From NCBI RefSeq assembly GCF_000284115.1, contig NC_017080.1, positions 3,510,001-3,542,000 on the forward strand: a DNA stretch of 32,000 bases. Direction: 5' to 3'. The position numbers were made by a program, and so were the translations under genes. Origin of the DNA: Phycisphaera mikurensis NBRC 102666 (lineage in GTDB: Bacteria > Planctomycetota > Phycisphaerae > Phycisphaerales > Phycisphaeraceae). Of this stretch, positions 31,749 to 32,000 are shown in pieces. The notes under the pieces are model-generated. The model searched no databases. It was given only the letters and a program-made list of their open reading frames with translations, and had not been told where the DNA came from. Positions within the stretch are counted from its first letter, which is position 1. Each line of letters starts with the position of its first letter.

Positions 31749-31976
31749 TCAGCCGCCCCGCTCCGCCAGCAGCTGCGTGTCGTCTTCGTAGCAGTAGACC
31801 CAGCCCGCGCCGGGCTCCCCCGCGTCCACCGGCTCCACGATCGGGTGCTCGGCGGCCCGGGCGTGCGCCCGCGCGTGCCGGTTCGGGGACGCGTCGCAGC
31901 AGCCGACCGCCCCGCACGCGGCGCAGCGGCGGAGGTGGACCCACGGCTCACCGGCCGCCACGCAGGCCGGGCACAC
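31749..31976 (-). CDS. UBP-type zinc-finger domain protein; N-terminus may extend beyond 31976 or the window edge
   Basis: CPAC...WVHLRRCAACGAVGCCDASPNRHARAH...HP matches the zf-UBP pattern. The frame remains open to the end of the window. Confidence 0.65.
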   Translation of the reverse strand: MCPACVAAGEPWVHLRRCAACGAVGCCDASPNRHARAHARAAEHPIVEPVDAGEPGAGWVYCYEDDTQLLAERGG

Positions 31977-32000
31977 GAGCCCGGCCCGCGCGGCTCCGGG

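Overview
This is a very GC-rich (by eye about 70% or more) bacterial chromosomal segment. About 30 genes are tightly packed on both strands, and almost all are housekeeping or envelope functions.

**Gene content**
- Core metabolism and translation: rsmJ, thiC behind a TPP riboswitch, pyrE, proS, sufE, araD-araA, uvrC, ldhA and tRNA-Asn.
- Envelope and carbohydrate: GT9 and GT4 glycosyltransferases, a NeuB-family synthase, and two glycoside hydrolases, one with a PEP-CTERM tail.
- Other: two aldo/keto reductases, a histone-deacetylase-family protein, a minimal Ser/Thr kinase, and a ChlI/MoxR-like AAA+ ATPase.
- I see no transposase, integrase, CRISPR array or recognisable defence operon.
- Most very long ORFs in the six-frame track are Arg/Pro/Gly-rich GC shadow frames antisense to or overlapping real genes.

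**What stands out is non-genic**
1. A dispersed family of eight 46-bp elements. Each has 10-bp inverted-repeat arms (CCGCGGACCG / CGGTCCGCGG) around an interior that is always 26 nt but never the same sequence. Six sit at gene 3' ends. Two are embedded in frame inside rsmJ and proS.
2. A tandem array of about 4.1 copies of a non-coding, hairpin-rich 112-bp unit between a small coiled-coil ORF and araA.
3. An 8-bp microsatellite in the pyrE/SDR divergent region that forms a canonical G-quadruplex motif.
4. A lower-GC, hairpin-rich leader with two UNCG tetraloop hairpins upstream of the kinase.

The function of all four is inference only.
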